Of a DNA stretch of 64,000 bases, positions 12,261-26,651 are shown piece after piece (within the stretch, counting starts at the first letter, position 1; every line of letters starts with the position of its first letter). The notes under the pieces were generated by a model. That model ran no database searches, was not told the DNA's origin, and saw only the letters and a list, made by a program, of their open reading frames with translations. The DNA comes from Catajapyx aquilonaris (Eukaryota), in the NCBI GenBank assembly GCA_000934665.2, contig JYFJ02001516.1, positions 1-64,000 on the forward strand. Direction: 5' to 3'. The position numbers were made by a program, and so were the translations under genes.

Positions 12261-13300
12261 TCCTTGCCTTACCCCCGTCTGACGTCACGGGACGGACTGT
12301 TCCTGCAGGGCTGGGCAGGGGAATTGAGGGAGGGGAAGGGAATAGGGAAGGGGTGTCAGTGGTGGAGGGGTGAGGAGGGAAGGGGGCTACTGCGTGACGT
12401 CATCCGTTGCACACACCCACTTCCAAATGACAATGCGGGCTGTTCAAGTGCGAGTTGTAGCAGGGAGAGGATTATTATTATACGGACAGCCTCGAGGATT
12501 AATTTGACGGATTGCTTCCCACGTGTGTAGGTTTATTGCGGCGCAGTTGGACGCGATGCTGCAACCACCACTATCATTGCCGTCAATGACGCATCGTCAC
12601 ATATTATGACTGGCGGGGCCCTTCATATTTACAGGGTGCACTTGCAGTAAGCCAATAAAAATTATGAACATGATAGTGCTGTGCAGGTCGTTTTATTTGA
12701 AGCATACTAGTCAAAGCGGCTCAAATAAGACAACATATTGGTGTCGATCGAAAGTTTGTTGCGAATTATTCTGTGCGCGCGCAATGATATGCGTGTGCAG
12801 TTGGTGGCGCCTTATAGACTGTAGAATAGAAGGTGTCTTGCTGCAAATTGCAATGTAATGGTAGGGTTCGTGCGAGTACAGTGACTGTCATTATCCACTC
12901 GACTGCGCTTGCTCCTGGCGCCACTAGGAACGCCACTGTGTCTTGGTAGCTGTTTTCAGGTAGCGGCTATTCACTAGTCGCTTATTAGTAACAGCTATGC
13001 TTTAGCCGATTTGGCGTGAATAAATAGCCACGTGATAAATAGTGATTGGAATAAAGCGTGCCAATTTTATGTGTGCATATTTTTTGCAGCAATTGGGAGT
13101 AAGTTTTAAGCACATTTTTAGCATTGTTTTGAGCTGAGAATTGGCAACACCGCCAGCTGCGGCGTTAATCAGATACAAAATGGCGTTGGTAATGGGGAGA
13201 TAAATGCGCGATGATTTTCCTGCTGGGACAACGTTCCGCGACTCTGTACAATGCCTGGGGATGCACTTGAGAGGTATTAAAAATGTGAGGACGGACGCGT
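12261..13300. promoter_or_regulatory. CpG-rich divergent promoter region between PLXDC (-) and ZC3H10 (+)
   Basis: Head-to-head genes. Two palindromic CRE sites TGACGTCA at 12280-12287 and 12395-12402, G-rich tract 12312-12386, YY1/Pho-like CAAAATGGCG at 13176-13185. Confidence 0.6.
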
Positions 13301-14026
13301 GCCTTTGTTGGGAGCACGGTTGGGAGTTAGCTGCAAACTTGCAATGCCGTTGTGCAGGTTAAGCTTATTTGAAATTTTAATGAGTTTGGTTTCCTTTGTG
13401 TTGTGCCTTGCATTCCATGGAATGGTCTTGCAGTGCTTCTGTATCCCTCACTGGTCAGAGTGCAACGGTTGTGATTTACCACTGCATTGTGAAGTTTGAT
13501 GCGTTTAGGTCAAGAGGGACCAGACTGAATGATGCGTCTTAGATTGGGGACTACTGAGGAGTTTATTTCCTGGCGTTGCTCGAGTTGTGGATTTATTGTT
13601 GTTATGCTGCATGTGAATCACTGTGAATAACCAGGCATGGTAAGGCTGCTTTAGAGTGTTAGAGCTGCTGGTTTTTGTAATTGCAAACCGCTTGTTTGTG
13701 TCGAGCCTCATAGGAGAACTGCAGCCAAACATTTATGTAGTGCGTTTGTTAAGATAAATTTTCAATATTCCCAATTTATACTTGCTGTTGATAAGGGTCA
13801 TCCACTGCAGGATTGGGCAAGGAAGGCAACTTTGTTGTTTGATCAATCACAATGGGGCATGCAGTAAGTTCCTATGGTAACAAGCAAACCAATTAGTCCA
13901 CGTCAGTCTCAGAGGCTGAATTGTGATTGGTTTAAAATTGTATGCAAGCATTTATTTCTGCAATGTTGTTTGGTACCTGCTTACAATGAATTCCCCTTAC
14001 CCTGCAGGTGGCTAATTCCCTCATAA

Positions 14027-15641
14027 ATGATGATGCCTGGGTGTGATCTTGGTCGGTGGAAGATGGAAGACAGTGGCATCTTCAACCAGCATCAAAATGG
14101 GGATGCAGAGCCCATGGAAGACTCGAGCCACATCTGCCGTGACTTTCTCCGCAATGTGTGCCGCCGTGGCAGATGGTGCAAGTTCCTTCACCCTGCCAAT
14201 GCATCAGAACTCCCTCCTGACGTGGTGAGCAGTCAGGAGCCAGCCCGACCAGAGCTGACATTCTGCCATGACTACCAGAACAAGATGTGTGCCAGGAGTA
14301 ACTGCAAGTTTGTCCATTGCACAAGGGAAGAGGAGGAGTTCTTCAGAGCAACTGGAGAACTACCTACACATGTGATGGAAGCTGCCATCAGAAAGGGTTT
14401 GGCCCCTGATCTGCCACTGGGAAGAGGGGAAGTGCCCTTTTGCAAAGATTACTTGAAGGTAGTACCACTTGGTGACTGCGGTGTGACAGGTTATGCTGGG
14501 GGAATTAACATATCTTTCTGGTCTAGGGTCACTGTGCCAGGGGTACCAAGTGCAAGTTCCGACATGTGTCTTCAAGTGAGCTAGAACTAGAGCTTCTACG
14601 CCTGAGAGCTCGACGGCGCGAGCTGGATCATCGTGAGGCAGTGGCTGCAGCATCAATGGAACCAATGCTAGCACCACCAGAACCCAAGCGCCGCCACTGT
14701 GAGGAGCCCATCATGGCCCTTCAAGTGGCCAATACGTCTACTGCCCTTGGAGTGGGAGCCCTGGTGCTTGGACTGGCTCAACAGGCCACAGGCCAACCCA
14801 CCATGACTCTCACCCAGCCTCAACCTCAGGGACAAGCTGCGCCGCAGCCACAGATTGGCCTGCAGGTGGCACATCCTGTTGAGATGCATCTGGTGGATGA
14901 TGAAAATCTGATGCTGAGACAGAAGATTGAGGAGCTCAAGAAGCAGGTAAGAGTTCAGAGAATCTGAGCCAGACCAGATTGCAGGAAAGATGGGTTTTTT
15001 GCCAACTCGCAGTGCAGGAATTATTATCCCTTACCCCTTATCAAAATGACTTTAGACATGTACGGTACCTTTTCTTTCAGGTGTCCGACTTGACGGCCAC
15101 AAATGAGTTTCTTCTAGACCAGAATGCCCAGCTGCGCCTGATGTCAAAGCAGTCTACCAATGTCACCACAGTTAGCTTGCCTACTGTGACCATCACCAAC
15201 ACTGTCCCTGTGTCAGCAGTGTCTACAGTGCATGTCACTCCATTAGTGACACCCATATCCCAGCCACTTTCAGTGACACGTGTGGCAACTGCAGGGCCTC
15301 CACCACCTACAGCTGCAACTGCCCAATCTACTGCACCCACCGTGGCAGTGCCGGTATCAATAGCTGCAGCAGTACCACTAACACAACTATCATCGCCTGC
15401 TACAGTGTCAATAGCCCAGGCCCCATCAGCATTAACTGCAGTGGCTGTGTCAATTGCCCAGAGCCGAGCACCGTCGCTGGCGGCAGTGTCAATAACCCAG
15501 CCCCCATCAGCACCACAGCAGCAGGCCCAGGCAGCCCCACCACAGTCACTCACAATTCCATTATCTATAAGTGGGGCTACTGCACCGCTGGTGACATATC
15601 CTATTATCACACAGACACCAGCTCTGAGACCTCAGCAGTGA
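14027..15641 (+). CDS. ZC3H10: Zinc finger CCCH domain-containing protein 10-like
   Basis: Exons 14027-14458, 14527-14946, 15081-15641. Three CCCH fingers (CRDFLRNVCRRGRWCKFLH; CHDYQNKMCARSNCKFVH; CKDYLK|GHCARGTKCKFRH), coiled coil LRQKIEELKKQ|VSDLTATNEFLLDQNAQLR, low-complexity tail. The start could instead be ATG 14063. Confidence 0.9.
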
Positions 15642-16594
15642 TTTGCCGTTAATTGAAAAAAGGACATTTCAACTGCATGACAATTATTGGACTTGCGTCT
15701 TTCTCTTGCATGTGGTTTATTTCACTTTATTCGTGGTGGTTTATTTCACTTTATTCATGGTGGCTCAGTGGTGGTTTTTTCTTTTAAGTAGCAAGGAATC
15801 AGCTGCGCTTTATTTTGAAGGGACTGCATCACAATTTTGTCCTTTCCCTTGTCCTTGATTCAAATGGTGGGATTGGAGTGTAATTGTTGATTGGAGTTAT
15901 GCAGAATTACATAATGTTACTCTAATCAACTTTGGTGTGGCTTCTTGCCAGGCCTACAAGCAGCACATTTGGCCTTACATGGCATATAAACAGAGACAAA
16001 AAAAAATATAGAGTGATGAAGCAAGCAAGTCTATCTTTAAGTAAGAAAAGTATTAATTGAAGTTATTTTGACCTGAAAGGAAGCACTTTTTTTCATGACC
16101 CCAACCTGGTATAAACACAAATGTGTGCAGCTTATGGTTTTGTGAATTCCTGACAGCACAAGCGCATGTAAAAATATATCATAATATGCAATGCCTATAA
16201 TTATATGGGTAGCCTGTCACATTGTTGCGTAATGGAGTGTTACTAAAAAAAACACCCTCATGCAGTGGAGCTCTTGCATATTCACTTGAAGAAACCAACC
16301 ATTTTTCCGGAACTCCAACAATTAACACTTAATAACTAATCTTCCCCTAAAAATGTAGGAGTGATCTAGAAGCTAAATGAGCAGTGTTCTCACTCTGTCA
16401 AGTGTGCCCTATTACTTTCTCATTTGGTCACTGTCTAAATACCAATCCAAGTCTCTGCCTTTGGCTCTTTCTGGTCCCCAATTTGTGCAGGTGCCTGGTC
16501 ATACTGCTCAAGTAGTTGCAGTTGAATCAACATTAGGAATAAGGCCTAACTAATTACAAAGTGGAAGTATGGGCCTAGATGCAGCAATATTGTA

Positions 16595-17713
16595 CAGTGG
16601 ACCCTCTGTATCATGGCCGAGGAGTTTTTGTATATATGTGTACACCTAGCCCCCTTATCACGTAGATCTCCAGAGTCCCACCCGGCCTCGCACCCGGCAG
16701 TTCTGCGCCACAGTGCATGGGGCGACCACTCACTGCGGTGAAAATTATTGAGAATGGATCATGAGAACGTGGAACAAATGAAGCACAGCTGCAGGGGTCC
16801 TCTGGTGGGGTGTACCTTCATGAGTATTCGTGAATTTTTCCCCACCTGCAGAGAGAGTCAGTCGCTGGCAGTCAGCCTGTGAGTGACAGAGGGTAATCGG
16901 CACCAGTTTAATTTCATTTTCTGCTAAAATGATGGAACAACTTGAACAGGGTATGACCCACAACTCGTCACCAGTCATCACAGTGTTCAGGAAGTAGGGA
17001 TCACTGTTTGAGGAGTCCAGAATGTCTTGCGAGACTTCCAGCTCCGTTAGTAGTAGCTTTGGCACGAATTGAACATCTGAGGAGTAAAATGTGTTAACCA
17101 GCACGTGGCAGTTGGCTCACAGGCTGACTGCTAGCTACTGGTGCTTTCTGCAGGTGGGAAAATATTCACAAAAATGCATGAAGGTACTCCACACCTATAC
17201 CCACGTGAGGACCCCTCCTGTGCTTAATTTGTTTCTGCAAAAAAAAATCCGGCCGAGAACTTTTTGCACATCCCACTGACTGTTAACATGTTTTTCTCCC
17301 AAGCCCTTCGTATGGAATCTACGACTTTTTGATGCCATGCAACTGGTTGAAGTCAAATGGACTGCCACCTTTTCACTGTGGCCAAATTGTCTACTGTTCA
17401 TTGCCAAGGGAGACGCATCTCAGGTGGATCTCAATTAACTAAAATCATTGGGCAATGCAATGAACCATACCTTGCAGGGCCACAAGATGGCTGGCACTGG
17501 TGCAGTCACCCCAAAGCCACACAGATGATGTCAATGCAATGAGCACACAACATAAAGTGACCATAGCCAGTTTGACAGCAGCCAATATATTGTTGGGATG
17601 TAGGTTATACGCATATACTGCGTCATTTCAAATAAGGAACTTGGGCATTCATAGATTTTGGTATTAGGGGGAGGTCGTGAAACCAATATCTTCTGGATAG
17701 TGAGGGCCCACTG
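16595..17713. mobile_element. pogo/Tigger-like non-autonomous DNA transposon
   Basis: TA|CAGTGGACCCTCTGTATC ... GATAGTGAGGGCCCACTG|TA (15/18 TIR match, TA TSD). The right-end sequence (..gattttggtatt..gaaaccaat..ggatagtgagggcccactg) resembles Tigger/MER2-type ends. Confidence 0.6.
16812..17187 (-). mobile_element. mariner-derived internally deleted element nested in the Tigger-like element
   Basis: Imperfect ~70 bp inverted repeats 16812-16883 / 17116-17187 flank a transposase fragment FVPKLL..EVSQDILDSSNSDPYFLNTVMTGDELWV (mariner TGDEtWV motif). Confidence 0.75.
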
Positions 17714-18147
17714 TAGGTGCAGTAAGAAATATTTGGAAGATGCCTTCCAATATCAGTTTAGTAAAAGTGATGAAACTTCATAGGCAATACTAATTGAGCC
17801 AGAGGTGTCTTTTCCCCTTTTTTCTGAATAACGCAAGCAGTTACAGGTATATCCCATGGATCTAATATGAATAATATCTGACATATTCAAGTAAAAGAAT
17901 TCAAATGCTCCTCAAAACCCTCTTTAAGATTTGGCTGCAAGCAATTTCTCACCTTTCACACTGGAATGCATTGCTCTGTGCTGCCAGGATCTCAACCTTG
18001 CATACCTAATAAAAAACCACCACCCAAAATCTGAACACAAGTGTCAATAAGATGATGAATGTGCACTAAGCAGTATAATACGCACAAAACAAATAAAGCC
18101 TCCATAAAATGAAGATGTAATAGTTTGATGCTTGGCATTGAAAATGT

Positions 18148-19678
<1,531 letters not shown>

Positions 19679-20950
19679 TTACCAAATCTGTTAAATAAAC
19701 TTCACCAGAGCATTTGCCATATACACAAGGCGGATTGCGACCTTCAACTGTCTCCTTCAATCCATCCAATGACGCCTTATATCAATGAAGCGAAATGGGA
19801 GCCATATTGGAGCAGTCAGTCTGCCAGGGTGGGAATTTTGACTGCATGTGTCATTGGACTCCACGGAGGAATTTCACTTGAGAGAAAGAAAAAAATGTGG
19901 GAGTGGGTGCATTTCCCCCTGCGAAGAATATGAATGGCAGCCGGATGCATGCTTCTCTGGGCGAATGAGATTCTGCAATTTTAATGAATGGCCTGGGAGA
20001 AAAAAGGTTCAAAAATTCCACTTGGGCTTCCCACCATTCCGAGCATGACAGATGTGCCAGACTTTCAACCAGATTATATTGCATGGATTAATGAGGTATT
20101 TCCGAGTCGCAAGTTTACTCAAATATGTGGTAGATTTATGAACTGATATTTAACCAAACTTACGGAAGTATATTTTAATGTTGGACTTAAGTAAGGTATG
20201 TGTAACTTCCTATATGAGGTTGCTTTCTTCACTGCTTCTTGTTCCCATGATTCCACACAAGTACCATACTGTACTTGTGCACATATTCACATGATGAACC
20301 AATGTAGGCAACAATGAAATACTTTTTGTCCAATGCAGAAAACTTCAGCATGAAAAACAATTCATTCTCATTCGGGGTGATAATTTGGAGCCACCTTCCT
20401 TTACACCAGATTAAATATGTAGTTTTTATTTAGTCTTTGGATCAGCGGTAGGAATTGGTTGTTATTGTTAATAGCCCCATTACATTGCCATATGCAAAAG
20501 ACCCTTGAAAATTGCCACATGATGTCACTGATGTAACAACTGGGAAAACCTCGTCAGAAACAGCCAATTCTAGGGGATTAATAATATTACACCGATAATG
20601 CACTGAAATGTAAATGAACCAACAAGAAAAATTATCTCATTCAGTGTTTATTTCTGCATGTCTTGGTGAAAAATTCGAAAGTGAGAATTGAGTAATAATA
20701 TCTCATTGGACGTTGAAACAACTTATACCACCCCCAACTCATAGTTGCCTACTAACACTAAACATTATACCAATAGCACCCTCAATAATCTCTGGAATTC
20801 CGGACAACTACAATAAGGCAGCATATAACTTCACCACGAAATCCACATATACCCTAAAATGGTCCCAATAAAACAGGACCTCACAAGAAGCAGATACAAA
20901 GGTGGGGGGAAAAGAAACGGAAGGAGAAAATGTCTGTCGTCAACAACACT

Positions 20951-22131
20951 TCAGTTGGAACCATAAACTTGGATCAGCTCCTCCGCCTTGGTAAGGTAGG
21001 CCTCCTTTGCCTTGTCGGAGCTCATCCCCTTCTTGGAACTCCAGGCATCCCACTTTGCCTTTCCCTTCATGTCGAACATGCCTGGGCGATCTGTAAGACA
21101 TTGGGAAAGGTAAGTAATACAAAATAACCACTGGCCTAAATACCTCAAAAAAGCAAGTCATTCTTTTGTAGTAATTGTCCCAATTTTTGCATCAGTTTCT
21201 CAGTATTATTGCTGAGATTAAGGAAACATGGTGAAACCCATTCAATGCACATGCTCATATCGCATGTGAATTATCAGATAAGACCGATAAGCACATTACG
21301 ACTTGAAGACTGACTTTCGCCCTGGTGTTTAACAATGAAGGGGCAAAGTAAGGCAGGGTTAGGAAATGTCATAAGTACCTATGTTAACATCGCCAATAGT
21401 GGCTTGCTTGAAGAGGGCATAAATCTCCTTCAGCTCATCATCAGTAGGTGTTGCTTTCAAGGCCTTGATGGAGTCTGCTGCCTTCACAAAACGCTGTAAA
21501 ATAAATGATTGTAATATATAGTGAAAACTACACAATAATAGCCTTGCAACATATTGGACCCAGAAAATTTCCCAGGGGGAAAAAATGCTTGAGAAATTCT
21601 TCCGCCTAATTGCGCCACATATTTCAAGGCTGTGATTCAAAACCACAAGCTCATCAATCCATGCAATACAGTATACCTAGCTGCAACTTTGGCAATGAAG
21701 GTGAATCATCGCAACCATTTTTTATGCAACTCAGTGAATTCAATGCAAGGTGAAGGACATTATATAAAGCTTTTTCGTTCATTATGCAAATGGTCAGATT
21801 TTATATCACCATGGCACTGAATGCCATAAAATGCCAATGATGTTAATAGTTAATTGCAACCTTGTCCAAATGTTTCGAATTCACTGATGTAATTTGCAAT
21901 AAGGTGCACCAGCAAAACCAGCGAAAGTACTGCTTGGTGGTGCATGTTGCTTACGTCAGTCACACCTATCTGAGGGAACATAACGCAATTAACCATTACA
22001 ATGCGCACCGCGTCCGCATATTCGCCGTACATACAATGTACCCTTCGACCCCGTCGACCACGCAATAACCGGCGACATGATCAAACCCCGGCGAATGATG
22101 ATGTGGCACAACTCACCTCCTCGAGAGACAT
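20951..22131 (-). CDS. DBI: Acyl-CoA-binding protein (ACBP/DBI), 89 aa
   Basis: Exons 22117-22131 (MSLEE), 21379-21493 ([28 protein letters not shown]), 20951-21090 ([24 protein letters not shown]). GT-AG and phase-consistent. Confidence 0.95.
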
Positions 22132-22870
22132 GATGGTATGCTGTGTGTTTCCTTCTGACTTGCTTCCTTCCTCTCTCTGTCCGACTCTGTCTGCTGCCTC
22201 TCAGTGCTCTGCTTCACACGCACCGGTTCCACGCTTCGTTGTGTGTTGTGTGGGTGCCGGGTGGGCGGAATCGGCGGATGGGGAAGGGACAAGGGAAAGG
22301 GAAGGGGGACTGGGGGTGTCGGGAAAAAGAGGGGGCTGGGGGGGATAATTCCTTTTGATAATGTCAGGGTATGGTTCACTCAAATGGCAAGTCGGACATT
22401 TTGGATCCAAAAGTTGCATCGTTAGATGCGGGAGGCGTAATGGATGATTACCATCCCGGATTACCATACATGATTATTGATAATCGTGATCATGATATGC
22501 AGACATTGCATAATGTATTTTATAATGGGAATCTAATTAATCCGCGTAGTTTTACAACAAAATTATGCCTCGTCTGTTTATGCAGCACTAATATGTAACA
22601 GCTATTTGCATTCACCGTTCTTGACTGTCACAATAACGGCTTTTGATTCATTTTTGTAGCAGGAGTCAAGGGAAAGAATCAATGCACTTCACAGCACCGA
22701 TCCATTCGCACAGAAATCCCGCTGGATTGATGTTTGTCCGGTGCACGGTCCGGTGCTTCGTCGTGTACCAAAAATAGCATATTTGCAAATCGCTTGTTCC
22801 ACAACAGCTACAACGGCTAGAACCGTGGAATGAACGGCTGTGCTATTTCCGACCCCGGCTGCTCCACTGT

Positions 22871-22887
22871 CGCCATCTTTCTTCTCT
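22871..22887 (+). promoter_or_regulatory. TCT initiator / 5'TOP tract of RpL37A
   Basis: Pyrimidine run cgccatCTTTCTTCTCT ~50 nt upstream of the RpL37A ATG, typical of ribosomal protein genes. It lies within the ~800 bp ACBP/RpL37A divergent promoter. Confidence 0.7.
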
Positions 22888-22927
22888 GGTTTCGCGGACG
22901 GTGGTTGTTTCGCTCTCCGTGTCAAAG

Positions 22928-24844
22928 ATGGTGAGTCTCCCTTCCGCCCCTGAATCCGCCTCCATCCGGCCATCATCCAACACTCACCCGCCTTATATTT
23001 GCAGGGCAAGCGCACGAAGAAGGTGGGCATCATCGGCAAGTATGCCACCAGGTACGGAGCCTCCCTGAGGAAGACGGCCAAGAAGATGGAGATCACCCAG
23101 CACGCAAAGTACACGTGTACCTTCTGCGGAAAGGTGAGATCCGGCGAAGGAAATCGAAGGAAATTACTAGGAGACCAGTAGGCGTAAGCGAGGGGTTTTT
23201 AAAAATAAGGGTTCTCTCGCAAAACTGGCCCCGGAACAATGTTAACATCAAGTACCACTTCGGGTTTGCCTTTCTTTCCTAAATACAGACCTATTTTACT
23301 CCAAATGGTCAAAAGCAGTAATCACACAATTGACTCATTGATGTGGGAAGGGTTGCGAGCACAGGCGATATTCATGGACTTCCGACCTTTCCCATGTCAG
23401 CGCCTCAATCGTTCTTCCTTGTTCAATGGACAATGGGTTAATATTCTGCTACAGATGCATCATGGCGCCGAAACTGTGTGTAGTGTAACCAGTGATAAGA
23501 TCTTGTTTTTCATCTCACAAAACTGTTCTTGTTCGCTCCTGATAGTGTGGAGTAAATGTCACACTAGCTTTATTCTTAGTGAGAAACATTTTCTGCATTT
23601 GTTGGCAATCTCATAGTTACAAGGGGGAGGCTGATAAGCATAGGGCCTACCAGGAAAGTGTCATTTTTATGACTGGTTATGAATACCGGGCACATATAGT
23701 GCTGGAATTTAATGGTTACCCACAAGTGTTGGCCCCTGGTGGAGTTTATTCTTTGTTTAATCGGGCACCCCATGGTGCCAGTTAAACGGGAAAAAGTACA
23801 GATAACACAGTGCTGCTGATGGATGAGTGAAAATAATTGCTGTCATTGATTGAACAAGTGACATGGATGTTGGGCCTGCCAATAATAATTATTATATGTA
23901 ATGTCCAGTTATAAGGGTGTTAGGAGATTGTTTAAAACTGCTCTAAATGTCACTTTATTCATCACTTCCTCATTGAGAATGAAATTACCTTATGACAGGT
24001 CAGGAGTTGGGCGAGTGGTCTGCTGATTCAATATAATAATAAATAAATATACATGGTGTTCCAAATTCGAGGTTGTTCTCTTATAACTGATATTGCCCAA
24101 TGGTAGTTTTTTTTTTTTTTTTTGAGCTGGTTGACCTAACCAGGTGCCCCATTCTATATAGCAACTGCTATATTCAAACCTCTGGGTGTAATGGGGAACC
24201 TGGATCGGGGCACAACAAGCTACAAAAAAATAACTATCGGGCAATATCAGTTATAAGAGAACAACCCGTGGGGTGCCAGATGAAACAAAGAATAATGTCC
24301 GCCTGGGGCCGACACTTGTGGATAAACATTAATATTCCAGCCCTGTTAAGGTGTTTTGTGCCAAGTAGCAGATAATCTGCCCAGATGCTCCATTTCCATT
24401 GTGAGTGTACTCTGATCCTGTCTCTTTGATGAATAGGGAAGTAAACATCCTGATAGTTTTTCTGCATAATTATGTTTGTTTTGGCCACACTTCCCAAAAA
24501 TTGGTTTCACTCCATTTCAAACTTTCATTGGGAAGTATCCACTCAAGGAGGAGAATAATGAAGGTGGACTTGCTCCATTTGATACTTTTCTGCATTACAT
24601 GTATGCAATTAGTTTATTTCATTTGTTGTGTTTATTCTAATAAGACTTACTATGATATTTTGAAACATTGTCACTGAAACCATTTATTATCTTACAGGAT
24701 GCAATGAAGCGCCAGTGTGTGGGGATCTGGTCATGCCGCCGATGCAAGCGCACTGTGGCAGGAGGTGCCTGGGTATACAGCACCACCGCAGCAGCCTCTG
24801 TACGATCAGCCATCAGGCGTCTGAGGGAAATGCAGGAGCAGTAA
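22928..24844 (+). CDS. RpL37A: 60S ribosomal protein L37a (eL43), 92 aa
   Basis: Exons 22928-22930 (ATG only), 23005-23133 ([31 protein letters not shown]), 24698-24844 ([37 protein letters not shown]). C4 zinc ribbon; AATAAA at 24865-24870. Confidence 0.97.
24071..24266. mobile_element. MITE-like fold-back element in RpL37A intron 2
   Basis: Perfect 28 bp inverted repeat GGTTGTTCTCTTATAACTGATATTGCCC / GGGCAATATCAGTTATAAGAGAACAACC with further imperfect internal complementarity. Confidence 0.65.
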
Positions 24845-26651
24845 ATTGTGGAGCACCCAAGAATAATAAAAAAATCAAAGTTTAATGATCTGGTGTTTTG
24901 TTTCCAAGCTGTGAAGAAAAGCAAAGTGGTGTTGCATATCTTGTAAGGACAGGCTGCATCTCTGCTAATTTATTGCTTTACAGTGATGGAGTCTTACTTG
25001 CCCAAACCTAGAATAATTCTGCCACCTTGAAATCGTGGCTGCTCAATTTGCGGAGAGGCATCACACACATAAAATGACACCTGGGGTGCCGGAAAGGTGC
25101 CCACTGAAAAGGGTAGTCTTGGCCCACAATTACACTAAATATGGAGCCCAATGGAACCTCTAGGATAATTTCCATATTTTATATGAGGTATTTAAAGTGC
25201 GTCACAAGGTGTGCAGAATAATTCGGTCATAGAGGTTGCTGTGTCAAAATTGTTGTGCCAGATGATGTGACTCCACTGTAGTAGAGAAAATTGTAAGGCC
25301 CAAGGAAATTTACCATAGGCATTATGATGTATCATAAGGACATCTTGTTAGTCGCAAACATGGTACGTAGAAGATCACTTTGGGGTTAAATCGTGAAAGT
25401 TCACGAAGATCACAAATCCACGCCCACCATGGCAAGAAAACATTGGACCACTGACAGGCAAGCGACAGTCTGTGTCAACAGTGGCTACATATGCATGGTA
25501 TGACTTCTATCAGGCAAATAATGGTGTATGTTGAAAATAATTTTTGACAAACAGTTACAGGTCCATAACAATTGAGGCGCTCAGAGGAAGAACGACATAT
25601 CCCAACCGGAGTTCATTTCGAGAAAACTGGCTTTTTGTGTTCTGCTTTATCATGCAGCTAAAGCTACATACCAAATTTACAAGTGGAATATGTGACCTTT
25701 GATATGCCCCATTCATTCGGTACTTCAGTCCGTGAAAGATAGATGGAAGGAGAGTACAACAGCACTACAAACTCAAAATTGGAGGTCAGTTAGGATATGC
25801 CGTTCTTCCTCTGAGGGCCTCAGTTGCACTGTTATTGTAGGGAAAGATACGTATCTCACTTGGTGTGCTGAATCTGCCGGAGGTTGCCACCAGGGCTGAC
25901 ATGGACTCATGACTTAAAATGACCCTAGACCAGATCGCTTTTGTCCATTTCCTTCTCTCCTTCGCCTATGCTAGTTTTTTCTTCCTTTGAACAGCCGTCA
26001 AGAGAGGATGGGTCTTTCCCTACAATAACAGGTTCCATATTTTAGTGTCGGGCCAAGACCCACCCTTTTCGGTGATGGTGGGCATCTTTCCGGCACTGTG
26101 GGTGTCGTTTTATGAGTGTGTGGCGCATCTCCACAAATCGAGCAGCCACGATTTCAAGGTGGCCGAATTATTCTGGGTTTGGGCAAGTATTATTGGCATG
26201 CCAGAGGCACAAGTGGCTCAAAACCCACATCTTGGGTGAATCACAAGCTTAAAAATTGCTGCATTTCAACAGGCAAATGGGGATATTCATATTGTCTTCA
26301 GTGATTTCTCTCTCTATCTCTTCAATTGTTCAGTGTGTTTAAACTGGCATGATACTGTTCATAAGTTTCCCTTGTAAAGTGCTGTCACCTCTGGAGGATT
26401 AGGTATTCCACCACCTCCGCCAGAAATTGAGCCTATTTTGAACTACTGGATGAACACCGCAGCTCGGGGTTCTGTCTGACAGTGAGTGAGAGTGTCATAT
26501 ATCTGGGCTATAAAACAATCTCCTACCAGCTGTCACTTGCAAGGCCAACCCTGCTAGTGATGTAGGCTGACTGACTGATGGTTTTTGGACCTCCAGGAGG
26601 AGCCTCACAGGGGGAGGGCATTTTTGCTGGCCAGTGCTAATTGGCTGTATT

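Noticed and set aside
15712..15763. 24 bp direct duplication in the ZC3H10 3' UTR
   Set aside because: Only two adjacent copies with no spacers; a simple slippage duplication, not CRISPR-like.
24405..24455. CTGA..TGATGA..CTGA boxes suggesting a C/D snoRNA in the RpL37A intron
   Set aside because: No convincing upstream box C or terminal stem, and no rRNA/snRNA guide that I could recognise.
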